A DNA stretch of 52,626 nucleotides from Candidatus Gottesmanbacteria bacterium. GTDB taxonomy: Bacteria; Patescibacteriota; Microgenomatia; UBA10105; UBA927. Below the pieces are notes generated by a model. That model searched no databases, was not told the origin of the DNA, and saw only the letters and a list, made by a program, of their open reading frames with translations. Positions 26,663 to 36,716 of this stretch are shown here, piece by piece. Made by a program: the position numbers and the translations under genes. Position 1 is the stretch's first letter. The number at the start of each line of letters is the position of its first letter. The DNA is taken from the NCBI GenBank assembly GCA_963714095.1, contig OY970230.1, forward strand, positions 334,114 through 386,739, written 5' to 3'.

Positions 26663-27028
26663 TTATTTCAATGATACCACAGCTTTTTGTAACACCTCAA
26701 GCGGGAGTGTTGCACATTTTATCCGTGAAGGCGTAAGCGTTGTGCCAAGCATATCAATAATATTTTTTGCGTTAAGCTTCATAACCTCAGTCTGACCCAT
26801 CCCTTTCACCTTTTCCGTAAGCATCGACGCAGAAGACTGACTTATGGCGCAGCCAACTCCGGAAAACCGGATGTCCTTAATTTTATTATTCTCAATAGAG
26901 ATTTCCATAATTATTTTATCCCCGCACGTTGCGTTAAACGCATTTGCGGAGGCAGTTACGTGAGGCAAGTGCCCGAAATTGCGCGGATGTTTATAGTGAT
27001 CGAGGATAATCTCACGATACATGTCCAT
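26663..27028 (-). CDS. sufU: SufU/IscU-type Fe-S scaffold
   Basis: Start at MDMYREIILDHYKHPRNFG (ATG 27028, 1 nt after the sufS stop). Contains NATCGD, GVGCAIS and KCATLP. Confidence 0.9.
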   Translation of the reverse strand: MDMYREIILDHYKHPRNFGHLPHVTASANAFNATCGDKIIMEISIENNKIKDIRFSGVGCAISQSSASMLTEKVKGMGQTEVMKLNAKNIIDMLGTTLTPSRIKCATLPLEVLQKAVVSLK

Positions 27029-27029
27029 A

Positions 27030-28229
27030 TTACGAAAATATTTTGATGACCTTCTGAAGTCCTCCACCCAATGCATCAATATCAGCTTTTGTTGTATATA
27101 CATAAAATGATGCACGGGCGGTTGGTCCTATGTTCAGATATTCATGGAGCGGCTGGGCGCAGTGAAACCCCACGCGGATACAAATATTATCCTCATCCAG
27201 AATCTGCGCAACATCATGGGGATGAACACCGCGAACGGTGAACGTAATCACTCCCCCACGCTTCTCCGGATCTTTTGTTCCGATAACCGAAACATCTTTG
27301 ATTGACGAGAGTACACCAAGTGCATATTTCGTGATTTCTCTTTCATGCGCACGAACAAAGACCATGCCTATCTTCGAAAGATAGGTAACAGCGGCGCCCA
27401 GTCCGATAGCGCCGGCAATATGCGGCGTCCCAGCTTCAAACTTGTGCGGGACATCGTTAAAGACAGTAGATTTTTCATGAACTTCCTTAATCATGTCTCC
27501 GCCGAAATTAAACGGCGGCATACTCTCAAGCAGTTCCCTTTTCCCCCACAACACGCCAATGCCTGTCGGCCCCAGCATTTTGTGACCGGAAAAGGCGACG
27601 AAATCAGCGCCCCACCCTCCAACATCAACCGGCATATGTGGGACCGCCTGGGCGGCGTCAACTAGCACCAAACACTGCGGGTTAATATGTTTCACAAATC
27701 TGACGATCTTCTCAATCGGATTGATTGTCCCAAGCACATTGGATGCAGCTGTGATTGCGAGTAATTTTGTTCTTCGGGTAATTAATTTGTCCAAGTCTTT
27801 AAGATTTAATTGTCCTGACTTGTCACAATACCAAATTTTAAGTTTTCCTCGTTGTTGCCAGGGAACAAAATTAGAATGATGTTCCATGACCGAAGCAACT
27901 ATTTCATCTCCGTGGATTAAACCGTAGCAAACAAGATTAATTGACTCCGTCGTATTCCTGGTAAAAATAATTTCTTCTGACGCTGGTGCTCCTATAAATT
28001 TCGCAATTTTTACGCGGGCATCTTCGTATTCTTTCGTCGCTTCTTCGCTTGTCGTATAAATACCGCGGAAAATATTTGCTGTATACCTCGTGTAATATTC
28101 TGTTTCTTTATTAATTACCGCCATCGGCTTCAAAGAAGTTGCTGCAGAATCAAGATAAATGATAGGTTTACCGTTTATATTCCGTTTAAACTGAGGGAAA
28201 TTCTGCCGGAGACACGAAGTGTCCATCAT
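27030..28229 (-). CDS. sufS: cysteine desulfurase SufS (PLP-dependent)
   Basis: 399 aa. Contains FSGHKMLGPTGIG (PLP lysine) and RVGFHCAQP (active-site Cys). Confidence 0.95.
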   Translation of the reverse strand: MMDTSCLRQNFPQFKRNINGKPIIYLDSAATSLKPMAVINKETEYYTRYTANIFRGIYTTSEEATKEYEDARVKIAKFIGAPASEEIIFTRNTTESINLVCYGLIHGDEIVASVMEHHSNFVPWQQRGKLKIWYCDKSGQLNLKDLDKLITRRTKLLAITAASNVLGTINPIEKIVRFVKHINPQCLVLVDAAQAVPHMPVDVGGWGADFVAFSGHKMLGPTGIGVLWGKRELLESMPPFNFGGDMIKEVHEKSTVFNDVPHKFEAGTPHIAGAIGLGAAVTYLSKIGMVFVRAHEREITKYALGVLSSIKDVSVIGTKDPEKRGGVITFTVRGVHPHDVAQILDEDNICIRVGFHCAQPLHEYLNIGPTARASFYVYTTKADIDALGGGLQKVIKIFS

Positions 28230-28537
28230 ACCAAAACCAATACATTATCCCCTTCTACTTTAACTGTGTAGGTTTGCACATCCTTCACTGGGGGTGCTTT
28301 AAGTACTTTTCCGTTTGTAACATTAAATTGCCCCCTGTGACAGCCGCACGTAATTGTTGATCCCGACAAAGACCCTTCTGTTCCCAATGAACACCCGACA
28401 TGTGTGCATGCATCATCTATCGCAAAAAATTCTCCTCCGATATTCGCAATCATCAGATGTTTCCCCGCAACAACGACCGTCTTCTTTTCTCCGCTTGCCA
28501 ATTCCGATTTTTTTAATACATTCGTATATTGCGCCAT
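28226..28537 (-). CDS. Rieske [2Fe-2S] domain protein
   Basis: 103 aa. CTHVGCSL (CxH) and CGCHRGQF (CxxH). Confidence 0.85.
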   Translation of the reverse strand: MAQYTNVLKKSELASGEKKTVVVAGKHLMIANIGGEFFAIDDACTHVGCSLGTEGSLSGSTITCGCHRGQFNVTNGKVLKAPPVKDVQTYTVKVEGDNVLVLV

Positions 28538-29130
28538 AGGGATATTATACCGCGTTTCGCATCCTTGTCTATCATGCGGTCCAACGCGCTTTCAATAAAA
28601 CCTTTAGCGATCATATGTACTGCTTGTTTTTTTGAAATCCCGCGGCTCGTAAGATACCATAGCTGATCCTCATTTATCGGCCCCACGGTCGCACCATGTG
28701 TGCAGCGGACATCATTGGCGAGTATTTCAAGAGACGGCTTGCTTTCTGCATATGCATGATCGGAAAGCAACAGATTTTCATTGCGTTGATACGCATCGGT
28801 TTTTTGAGCCGTATGATCGACGCGGATACCGCCGTCATACAGAAACGCAGCATGACCTGATAAAACGGTTTTTACTAATAAATCACTCGTCGTCTCCTGC
28901 GCCTCGTGGATCTGCATGGTATGAAACTTTATGCGTGAATCCTTTTTCCCTATAACAATACCAATAATCTTCACTGATGCGCCTATGCCAACGAGGGTCA
29001 CGGTTACCGAAACATCAGTAACGCCGACAGTGTTGACGAACAATACAAGAGTGAGTGATTCATGCGATTTTACTGAGTGTTTAAGCTCGGATTTTCCAGC
29101 AACAATTGTTTCAACGATGGTTTTATTCAT
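28513..29130 (-). CDS. sufD: short SufD-like Fe-S assembly protein
   Basis: 205 aa. The beta-helix C-terminal part is homologous to SufB/D ([22 protein letters not shown]). ATGA overlap with the sufB stop. About half the usual SufD length. Confidence 0.75.
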   Translation of the reverse strand: MNKTIVETIVAGKSELKHSVKSHESLTLVLFVNTVGVTDVSVTVTLVGIGASVKIIGIVIGKKDSRIKFHTMQIHEAQETTSDLLVKTVLSGHAAFLYDGGIRVDHTAQKTDAYQRNENLLLSDHAYAESKPSLEILANDVRCTHGATVGPINEDQLWYLTSRGISKKQAVHMIAKGFIESALDRMIDKDAKRGIISLWRNIRMY

Positions 29131-30530
29131 CCTACTGATCCTTCCATTTGCAATTCAATAAGTCTATTCATTTCCACCGCATACTCGAGCGGCAATTGTT
29201 TCACGATCGGTTCTATAAATCCGTTTACAATCATTGATTCTGCTTGTGATTTGTCAATCCCACGACTTTGTAAATAAAATAATTGTTCATCACCGATTTT
29301 TGATACTGTCGCCTCGTGCTCCATCTGTACATGTTGCTCGTCTATTTTCATCGTGGGATAGGTGTCACTTCTGGATGATTCATCTAAAAGTAATGCATCA
29401 CAAACGACTTTGCTCTTAGAATTTATTGCCCCGGAGTACACCTGAACCAAACCGCGGTATGATGTGCGCCCTCCTCCGCGGCTGATGGATTTGGAAATAA
29501 TCCGCGACGTAGTTTCAGGGGCAATATGGAACATTTTTCCTCCTGCATCCTGATGCTGACCTGGGCCAGCGTACGCAATGGAAAGCAATTCGCCGCGGGA
29601 TTTGCGGCCAGCAAGAATGACGCTCGGGTATTTCATCGTCAGTTTGCTGCCTAAATTTCCATCCACCCATTCCATGATCGCTTCCTCTTCAGCTCTGGCT
29701 CTTTTGGTTACAAGGTTATACACGTTATTGCTCCAATTTTGAATGGTCGTGTAGCGGACGCGCGCGCCCTTTTTTACGATAATTTCGACTACAGCAGCAT
29801 GCAAAGAATCTGTCGTATAAATCGGAGCAGTGCAACCCTCAACATAATGCACGAAACTGCCTTCATCCGCGATAATGAGTGTTCGTTCAAACTGGCCCAT
29901 GTTGGCTGCATTAATCCGGAAGTACGCCTGCAGCGGCAACTCTAAACGCACCCCTTTTGGTACGTAAATAAATGATCCACCACTCCAAACTGCACTATTT
30001 AACGCAGCAAATTTATTATCAGTTGCGGGAACGACGGAAGCGAAATATTGTTTCACCAACTCGGGATACTCACGGAGACCCGAATCCATGTCCAAAAACA
30101 CTACGCCCTTTTTATTGAGCATTTTATTAATGCTTTTGTAGACAACTTCCGATTCGTACTGTGCTGAAACACCAGCGAGAAATTTTTTCTCCGCCTCGGG
30201 AATACCGATTTTATCGTAGGTTCTCCGTATTTCTTTCGGGAGGTCATCCCACGAACTTACTTTATTTTTCGTCGGCTTAATATAGTAAAAAATATTGTCG
30301 AAATCTATGTGCGTCAAATCCCCGCCCCACGTTGGAAGATGTTTTTGTTGAAAAATCCTCAGCGCTTGAAGACGAAACTCAAGCATCCAAACGGGCTCCT
30401 TTTTATGCCAACTTATATCGCGAACAACAGACTCGTCGAGCCCCCGCTTGGATTTGAATACGTAGTTTTCTAAATCATGAAATCCATATTTATACTGATC
30501 GTTGATAATCGGCATATCCTTTGTCCTCAA
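29127..30530 (-). CDS. sufB: Fe-S cluster assembly protein SufB
   Basis: 467 aa. Contains [11 protein letters not shown] and [21 protein letters not shown]. Confidence 0.95.
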   Translation of the reverse strand: MRTKDMPIINDQYKYGFHDLENYVFKSKRGLDESVVRDISWHKKEPVWMLEFRLQALRIFQQKHLPTWGGDLTHIDFDNIFYYIKPTKNKVSSWDDLPKEIRRTYDKIGIPEAEKKFLAGVSAQYESEVVYKSINKMLNKKGVVFLDMDSGLREYPELVKQYFASVVPATDNKFAALNSAVWSGGSFIYVPKGVRLELPLQAYFRINAANMGQFERTLIIADEGSFVHYVEGCTAPIYTTDSLHAAVVEIIVKKGARVRYTTIQNWSNNVYNLVTKRARAEEEAIMEWVDGNLGSKLTMKYPSVILAGRKSRGELLSIAYAGPGQHQDAGGKMFHIAPETTSRIISKSISRGGGRTSYRGLVQVYSGAINSKSKVVCDALLLDESSRSDTYPTMKIDEQHVQMEHEATVSKIGDEQLFYLQSRGIDKSQAESMIVNGFIEPIVKQLPLEYAVEMNRLIELQMEGSVG

Positions 30531-31272
30531 TAATTTTTGCCAGATTCGCAGTGCCCGTTTTTACAATTTTTCCGCTCACCAGTATGTAAACCACATCCGG
30601 TTTTACATATTTCAAAATCCGCTGATAGTGCGTCACAATAATAACACCGGTTCCGTGTTTAACGAGAATATCAATTCCTTTTGCCACGACTCTCAGTGCA
30701 TCCACATCAAGTCCTGTATCAATTTCATCAAAAATTGCAAACTTCGGGGACAGCACCAATGCTGTAAGCATTTCTATTTTCTTTTTTTCTCCGCCGGAAA
30801 ACCCATCATGAATTCCGCGGGATAAAAAAGACTCATCAATATGTAATTGTTTCGCGAAATTGTTCAGCATATTCATAAATTCAATGATCGATAGCGATCC
30901 AACGTTGCGTCTTGCCAAAATAGGGTTTTGGACAACATCCTTTTTTGTGGGATACCGCACTTCATACGCGGTTCGAAGAAGACTCCGAACAGTTACACCC
31001 GGTACCGCAATCGGATTTTGTAAAGCCAAAAATAATCCCAATTTCGCCCGTTCTTCTGTTGGTAAATTGTCTAGTCTTTTTGTTCCGATTTTTATACTTG
31101 CGGTTACGTTATAACCCGGATGTCCCATGAGTGCATACGCCAACGTTGATTTTCCTCCACCGTTGGGGCCCATTACTGCATGTACCTCTCCGGAACGAAC
31201 CGTAAGGTTAATACCCCGTAGAATTTCTTTACCGTCGGCAGAAGCGTGGATGTTAGAGATTATTAGCGACAT
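30490..31272 (-). CDS. sufC: Fe-S cluster assembly ATPase SufC
   Basis: Start at [10 protein letters not shown] (ATG 31272). Walker [10 protein letters not shown], signature FSGGEKKK, and DEIDTGLD. Confidence 0.95.
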   Translation of the reverse strand: MSLIISNIHASADGKEILRGINLTVRSGEVHAVMGPNGGGKSTLAYALMGHPGYNVTASIKIGTKRLDNLPTEERAKLGLFLALQNPIAVPGVTVRSLLRTAYEVRYPTKKDVVQNPILARRNVGSLSIIEFMNMLNNFAKQLHIDESFLSRGIHDGFSGGEKKKIEMLTALVLSPKFAIFDEIDTGLDVDALRVVAKGIDILVKHGTGVIIVTHYQRILKYVKPDVVYILVSGKIVKTGTANLAKIIEDKGYADYQRSV

Positions 31273-32038
31273 GATCGTTTTTCCCCATAAAAACTTCCGT
31301 AGTCCCGTACATACGAAGAATAAAATATTCATGTTTCAACATCGGCTGGGACGACAGGGATAAAAACCTGTCCACATCTTCCTGTTGTGATACGTGGGAT
31401 GCAAGCGCTTTCTTTTTCGTCGAAGCAAATTTCATAATGTTTATCACCGTTGTAATATTTTTATCGGGAGTCCCCTCCCATGGCTTGCCGAACGACTCAG
31501 CGGGCAAATTCTTTTTTTTCTTTAAATATTGAACTGTACTTTCCGGCATGCACGCGTAATAGAGTTTAGGAAATACCTGAGCTGCTTCTTCCTGATCTTT
31601 CAGTTGTTCCTCGATCCATGCAGCATATTTCTGAAATGCGTAGGTGGTGACGAAACACATTTTAATGTGATCAGGGTGATTACTTATTCCGGTTGTATCC
31701 ATGGTCACGACAGCGTCCGGTACCAACTCTTCCATTTTTTTATAAACGATATCTTCCAATTTCCCCGGGGTTTGCGAAACGAGTGTCCCATCCCTGTATC
31801 CCAGAAATGTTACGGAACTTATACCGAGTGTTACACCTGCTTTTTGCAATTCTTTTTGCCGTATTTGACCCAAATCACTCTGAGGAAGATCTGTATACGG
31901 GCCACGGCTCCCCTCTTCGCCGCGCGTGGCGCAGATGAGGTCCACGTGCCAACCGGCGGCCACGTATTTTGCCACCGTCCCGCCGCAGCTGAACGATTCA
32001 TCATCCGGATGTGCAAAAACCAAAAGTAGGCGTTTCAT
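31253..32038 (-). CDS. PIG-L/LmbE-family N-acetylglucosaminyl deacetylase
   Basis: Start at MKRLLLVFAHPDDESFSCGGT (ATG 32038). Contains HPDH. Extended -10 TGgTACTAT lies 7 nt before the ATG. Confidence 0.85.
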   Translation of the reverse strand: MKRLLLVFAHPDDESFSCGGTVAKYVAAGWHVDLICATRGEEGSRGPYTDLPQSDLGQIRQKELQKAGVTLGISSVTFLGYRDGTLVSQTPGKLEDIVYKKMEELVPDAVVTMDTTGISNHPDHIKMCFVTTYAFQKYAAWIEEQLKDQEEAAQVFPKLYYACMPESTVQYLKKKKNLPAESFGKPWEGTPDKNITTVINIMKFASTKKKALASHVSQQEDVDRFLSLSSQPMLKHEYFILRMYGTTEVFMGKNDHVANNL

Positions 32039-32111
32039 AGGCTTAATAGTACCACAAACATTGCACACATATCTCAAGTGTGGTTGTATAGATATAAGGG
32101 GGTGACAATTC

Positions 32112-32312
32112 ATGAAAAAATTTAGCAAATCTGCAAGAAAATACCTTGGTGCTCATACGCAGTTCAGCGGGCTCGTTCACCTGCTATTTGGTATCGGAAT
32201 CGGGGTAATACTTACCTACCCAATTGCAGGCGTTCACCCGCTTCGATTCGGGTTCATGTTTCTCGTACTCGGGATTTTGGGATACGTCTGGGCGGGAATG
32301 CAGAAGCCCTAA
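32112..32312 (+). CDS. small membrane protein (2 TM helices), hypothetical
   Basis: 66 aa. SD AAGGGGG lies 8 nt upstream. Two hydrophobic helices. Confidence 0.5.
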   Translation: MKKFSKSARKYLGAHTQFSGLVHLLFGIGIGVILTYPIAGVHPLRFGFMFLVLGILGYVWAGMQKP

Positions 32313-32881
32313 CGGCTATACACTCCGACAAGAAGCGCCTGCGTTATCACATGGCCGCGCATAGAGTTTTCGATATCCGCTTTCGTTGCCTTCCCGTCCA
32401 ACCCTAACTTCACGTCCATAGCATACAGCGTAAAAAAATATCTGTGCTCGCCGCTGGGCGGACACGGCGGCGTATACCCAATCTGTCCGGCTGAATTGGT
32501 ACCCTCTTGCGATTTTTCGGGAATCACCCCTTCACCGATATCTTTCGTTAACGGATTAATATTCCAAATAACCCAATGGGTAAATATACCTCCCGGAGCA
32601 TCCGGATCGTCTATAATAATAACCAAAGATTTTGCCGATGACGGAACCCCTGTAATTGCAAATGGTGGATGCAACTTTTTACCGTCACAGGTGTAGGCGG
32701 CGGGAATTTTTTGATAATTTTCAAATGCAGAACTTATCAACTCCATGCTTACCTCTGTCATAGTTGGAGTCGGAGAAATATTCGGAATATTTTTTGTGAG
32801 AAACGGATGCCCAACGTAATAAATCCCGACTATGACGACTAAACAAAGTATAGCACCGATGACGACTGCTTTTATATTCAC
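32309..32881 (-). CDS. YbhB/YbcL (PEBP/Raf-kinase-inhibitor-like) family protein with N-terminal anchor
   Basis: Contains DDPDAPGG.FTHWV.WN and GYTPPCPP.GEHRY.FTLYA. I favour the GTG at 32881 (GTGA overlap with the permease stop). The ORF-track start at 32929 is also GTG. Confidence 0.85.
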   Translation of the reverse strand: MNIKAVVIGAILCLVVIVGIYYVGHPFLTKNIPNISPTPTMTEVSMELISSAFENYQKIPAAYTCDGKKLHPPFAITGVPSSAKSLVIIIDDPDAPGGIFTHWVIWNINPLTKDIGEGVIPEKSQEGTNSAGQIGYTPPCPPSGEHRYFFTLYAMDVKLGLDGKATKADIENSMRGHVITQALLVGVYSR

Positions 32882-33624
32882 AACTGTATGGTAGAAAATA
32901 GATAGCTCCCGATAGCAAGAATGATACACGCCATGACAGATAACACCCCAAAATCCGTGGCGAGACCGAAATGAGACACGCCCTCAAGAGCTCCGCGCAT
33001 CCCGTCAACTCCGTAAGACAAGGGGTCAATCGAGATAATTACTTTCAGAAGCTGCGGCAGATTTGTAAGGGGAAACAGCGCGCCAGATAGGAAGAAAAGC
33101 GGCATGATAAGAAAATTCATAATGAGTTGAAATCCCTGCATGTCCTCAAGGCGGGACGCAATTGCCGTGCCTAAAGCCGTAAAAAGTACCGCCGTCAGAA
33201 ACATAAAAACAAACGCAAATGCAAGGTGCCCCACGCTGGACGGACGGAATCCCGCAAAAAAAGAAATGACAAAAACGATGCATCCCTGAATCATCGCAAC
33301 GGTCGCTCCGCCGATTGTCCGCCCTATCATAATTTCCATACGCGATACGGGCGCAACAAGCGTCTCCTTTAAAAACCCGAATTGCCTGTCCCAGATAATT
33401 TCAATACCGGAAAATACCGCAGTGAAGAGTACACTCATAGAAACAATACCCGGAACTAAAAACTGGATATAGTTGCCCTGCCCGGCTTTTTGAAATGTCG
33501 GTCCCAAACCGAATCCGAGTGCCAGTAAAAACAAAATCGGTTGCCCGAGGGACCCGATCATACGCGAACGGCTGCGAAAATACCGTTTCAATTGTCTCAA
33601 CCATAAAATATATATTGTGTTCAT
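32878..33624 (-). CDS. ABC-2-type transporter permease
   Basis: Start at MNTIYILWLRQLKRYFRSR (ATG 33624, 7 nt after the ATPase stop). Six TM helices, ABC-2 pattern. Confidence 0.85.
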   Translation of the reverse strand: MNTIYILWLRQLKRYFRSRSRMIGSLGQPILFLLALGFGLGPTFQKAGQGNYIQFLVPGIVSMSVLFTAVFSGIEIIWDRQFGFLKETLVAPVSRMEIMIGRTIGGATVAMIQGCIVFVISFFAGFRPSSVGHLAFAFVFMFLTAVLFTALGTAIASRLEDMQGFQLIMNFLIMPLFFLSGALFPLTNLPQLLKVIISIDPLSYGVDGMRGALEGVSHFGLATDFGVLSVMACIILAIGSYLFSTIQL

Positions 33625-33631
33625 AAAAATG

Positions 33632-34435
33632 TCACCCGTGCCGTATGCGGTGACGCAGCCGCATGCGATCAGCAGCAGACGCGTCTTCATCCCTGATGGC
33701 ATGACCGGTAAACTGTAAAAACGCCTCTTCAAGCGTAGCGGTTTTTGTTGTTACTTTCAGCTCATCCGGTGTCCCGGTAGCAACAATCTTCCCGTTATCG
33801 ATGACGATGATACGCCGCGCGACCTTTTCCGCTTCTTCGATGTAATGGGTGGTAAAAAAAATGGTAATCTGTTCTTTTTTATTTAAATCGATGACGTAGT
33901 CCCACATGGCATTTCTGGTTTGCGGGTCGAGCCCTATCGTCGGCTCATCAAGGAAAAATATTTTCGGGTGATGCAGAAGCCCGCGCGCAATTTCCAGGCG
34001 CCGCTTCATGCCGCCGGAAAATGTTTTGACCAATGCATTTTTCCGGTCCCACAATTCCACGAATTTCATAAGCTCTTCGATTCTCGGACGGCGGATATTT
34101 TTAGGAACGCCGTAGAGGACCCCATGGAACTCCAGATTCTCCCATGCGGTCAGTTCGTCATCAAGACTGGGATCCTGAAATACGATACCGAATGTCCGGC
34201 GCGCATCCTCCTGATGCGTCACCACGTCACTGCCGTTCAGAAGTACCGACCCGCTGGTCGGAGCAAGAAGCGTCGTGAGCATTTTTATGGTTGTCGTTTT
34301 TCCGGCGCCGTTCGGGCCCAAAAACGCAACAATCTCGCCTTTTTCAACCGTAAATGAAATATCATTCACGGCCGTAAAATCGCCGAATTTCTTGGTCAGA
34401 TGGTCAACCGATATGATTGCATCATTCATAAGCAA
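33632..34435 (-). CDS. ABC transporter ATP-binding protein (DrrA/ABC-2 type)
   Basis: Walker A GPNGAGKTT, signature FSGGMKRR, Walker B FFLDEPT. Confidence 0.9.
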   Translation of the reverse strand: MLMNDAIISVDHLTKKFGDFTAVNDISFTVEKGEIVAFLGPNGAGKTTTIKMLTTLLAPTSGSVLLNGSDVVTHQEDARRTFGIVFQDPSLDDELTAWENLEFHGVLYGVPKNIRRPRIEELMKFVELWDRKNALVKTFSGGMKRRLEIARGLLHHPKIFFLDEPTIGLDPQTRNAMWDYVIDLNKKEQITIFFTTHYIEEAEKVARRIIVIDNGKIVATGTPDELKVTTKTATLEEAFLQFTGHAIRDEDASAADRMRLRHRIRHG

Positions 34436-34583
34436 GAATATTTATTATAATACACTTTTTCATTAAATTTTACTGTATCAGTCTTCTAAGCTTATCATCA
34501 GTATTCATCATATAAAATGGGTCTTATTGCATTAATCGCTGTATTCATGCATGATAAATACAGACCTTATAAAGATATAACGT

Positions 34584-35984
34584 ATGGCGAATAAAAAACA
34601 GCAGGATACTGAAATTATTTCTTCAGCTGTGTCTCAGAACCATGATATACACTCTATCCATATGTCGTTCAAAGACAGGGCTGGAGCATTGAAAAAGTGG
34701 CTCTTCGGGCTTTCACTCATCTCAAAGATTGCAATTCTAATCGTCATCGTGGCGATTGGCTGGTTTACGGTTCCCAAACTTTTCGGAGGCGGCACCAAAA
34801 CTACCTATCAAACGGATACGGCAACTAAGGGGACACTTATCGTGACCGTCACGGCCTCCGGAAACGTATCAAGCGCCAACAGCGCATCAGTGACGACGCA
34901 AACATCAGGCGTCGTATCGAAAATTTACGTCAAAAACGGGGATACTGTAAAATCCGGCGATCCTATCGCGGATGTTACCCTGGACATGGACGGTCAACAG
35001 CGCGCATCCCAGGCGCTTGGCTCCTACCAAAGCGCCAAAAATCAACTTTCAAGTGCACAGGCTGCTATGTATTCTTTACAATCAGGGATGTATTCCAAAT
35101 GGTTAATTTATACGAATATTGCAGAAAACAGTACGTACCAAAATCCCGATGGCAGTCCAAATACGAGTAACCGTACCCTCACCCAATTTACAACGGTACA
35201 GGATGATTGGCTTGCAGCCGAAACCCAGTATGCTAATCAGCAAAATGTTGTCATTGCGGCACAAACGTCTGTAAACAGTGCCTGGGCCAACTACCAGCAG
35301 GCGTCTCCGACTATCTACGCCCCAATATCGGGAACTATTAGCGGACTTTCCCTCCAGGTCGGATCCGTACTCACCTCACAAACAAGTTCAACAGGCAACT
35401 CTACATCACAGCGGATCGCAAACATCAAAACAGTTGCCACACCGGTTGCTGTCGTCAATTTAAACGAAGTGGATATTCCTAAAGTGAGCGTCGGAAACAA
35501 AGCAACCTTGACAATGAATGCGTTCCCGACACAAACATTTACGGGAAAAATCGTGAGCATTGATACCACCGGATCTGTTTCATCAGGTGTCACCACATAC
35601 CCTGCCTATATCACCTATGATTCTGCCATTGACGGTATTTATCCGAATATGGCGGTGGACGCCAGCATTATAACGCTGGTAAAAGATAATGTTGTTTTGG
35701 TTCCGAACGCTGCCGTGCAAACGTCATCGAGCGGCCAGTCAACCGTCAGCATTATGAAAAATGGTACAGTAAGCACGGTGAACGTCACCGTCGGTGATGC
35801 CAATGATACCCTAACGGAAATCGACTCGGGCGTGAATGAGGGCGATACCGTCGTCACCGGTACCGTGACCACGGGAGGGTCTACAACGACAACCGGCGCA
35901 TCGCCTTTCAGCTCTCTCGGCGGCGGGCGCGCGGGATTTGGTGGCGGCGGAGCGGTCAGGGCGGTAACGACAGGAGGCCGGTAA
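34584..35984 (+). CDS. HlyD/MacA-like membrane-fusion (periplasmic adaptor) protein
   Basis: 466 aa. TM anchor, lipoyl-like VSKIYVKNGDTVKSGDPIA, coiled-coil segment, IYAPISGTISGL, beta-barrel and a Gly-rich tail. Confidence 0.8.
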   Translation: MANKKQQDTEIISSAVSQNHDIHSIHMSFKDRAGALKKWLFGLSLISKIAILIVIVAIGWFTVPKLFGGGTKTTYQTDTATKGTLIVTVTASGNVSSANSASVTTQTSGVVSKIYVKNGDTVKSGDPIADVTLDMDGQQRASQALGSYQSAKNQLSSAQAAMYSLQSGMYSKWLIYTNIAENSTYQNPDGSPNTSNRTLTQFTTVQDDWLAAETQYANQQNVVIAAQTSVNSAWANYQQASPTIYAPISGTISGLSLQVGSVLTSQTSSTGNSTSQRIANIKTVATPVAVVNLNEVDIPKVSVGNKATLTMNAFPTQTFTGKIVSIDTTGSVSSGVTTYPAYITYDSAIDGIYPNMAVDASIITLVKDNVVLVPNAAVQTSSSGQSTVSIMKNGTVSTVNVTVGDANDTLTEIDSGVNEGDTVVTGTVTTGGSTTTTGASPFSSLGGGRAGFGGGGAVRAVTTGGR

Positions 35985-35987
35985 CCT

Positions 35988-36716
35988 ATGGCACCCAAGC
36001 CTATTATCGAGGTCTCTCATCTATCCAAGGTATACAAAACGGAAATGGTCGAGACCACGGCTCTTGATGATGTTTCATTCAACATACAAAAAGGTGAATT
36101 TGTTGCCATTATGGGTCCGTCCGGAAGCGGCAAATCCACACTCATGCACATCCTGGGCGCCCTTGACCGTCCGACCAGCGGTACCTACATCCTCGACGGA
36201 GAAAATGTGGAAAATCTTTCCGATGACGCACTCGCAGATATCCGGAACCGGAAAATCGGCTTTGTATTCCAGGCATTTAATCTACTTCCGCGGACTACGA
36301 CCTTGAAGAATGTCATGCTGCCGATGATGTATGCCGGAATCCCCAAACCCCAACGGGAGGAAACGGCAAAAAAATTTCTGGAAATGGTGGGTCTCGGGAA
36401 CCGGCTTACTCACACGTCCAATCAAATTTCCGGAGGCCAACAGCAGCGTGTGGCGATTGCCCGTGCACTCGTTTTAAACCCCGCCCTGCTTCTTGCCGAC
36501 GAACCGACAGGCAATATCGCAAGCGCCCAGGCGGAAGAAGTTATGGCTATTTTCCAAAAACTGAATAATGAAGGACACACAATTGTCATGATTACCCATG
36601 AACCGGATATAGCAGAACATGCCAAGCGCATTATCCACGTCCGCGACGGGAAAATTATACAGGACGGCAACGGACATACACAAAGAAAGGTGACACTTAA
36701 ACATGGAACCGATTGA
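35988..36716 (+). CDS. MacB/LolD-type ABC ATP-binding protein
   Basis: Contains GPSGSGKST, ISGGQQQRVAIARAL and LLADEPTGN. Confidence 0.9.
   Translation: MAPKPIIEVSHLSKVYKTEMVETTALDDVSFNIQKGEFVAIMGPSGSGKSTLMHILGALDRPTSGTYILDGENVENLSDDALADIRNRKIGFVFQAFNLLPRTTTLKNVMLPMMYAGIPKPQREETAKKFLEMVGLGNRLTHTSNQISGGQQQRVAIARALVLNPALLLADEPTGNIASAQAEEVMAIFQKLNNEGHTIVMITHEPDIAEHAKRIIHVRDGKIIQDGNGHTQRKVTLKHGTD

Noticed and set aside
31273-31332. Long N-terminal extensions in the ORF track. Affected starts are sufC 31332, PIG-L 32128, sufU 27115, korB 24650, ABC-2 permease 33732, bcp 39768, tspO 20366, DedA 45132 and HTH 16033.
   Set aside because: The extensions overlap the upstream gene or promoter elements. 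The conserved family N-termini begin at internal ATGs that give canonical 1-20-nt junctions or ATGA overlaps.
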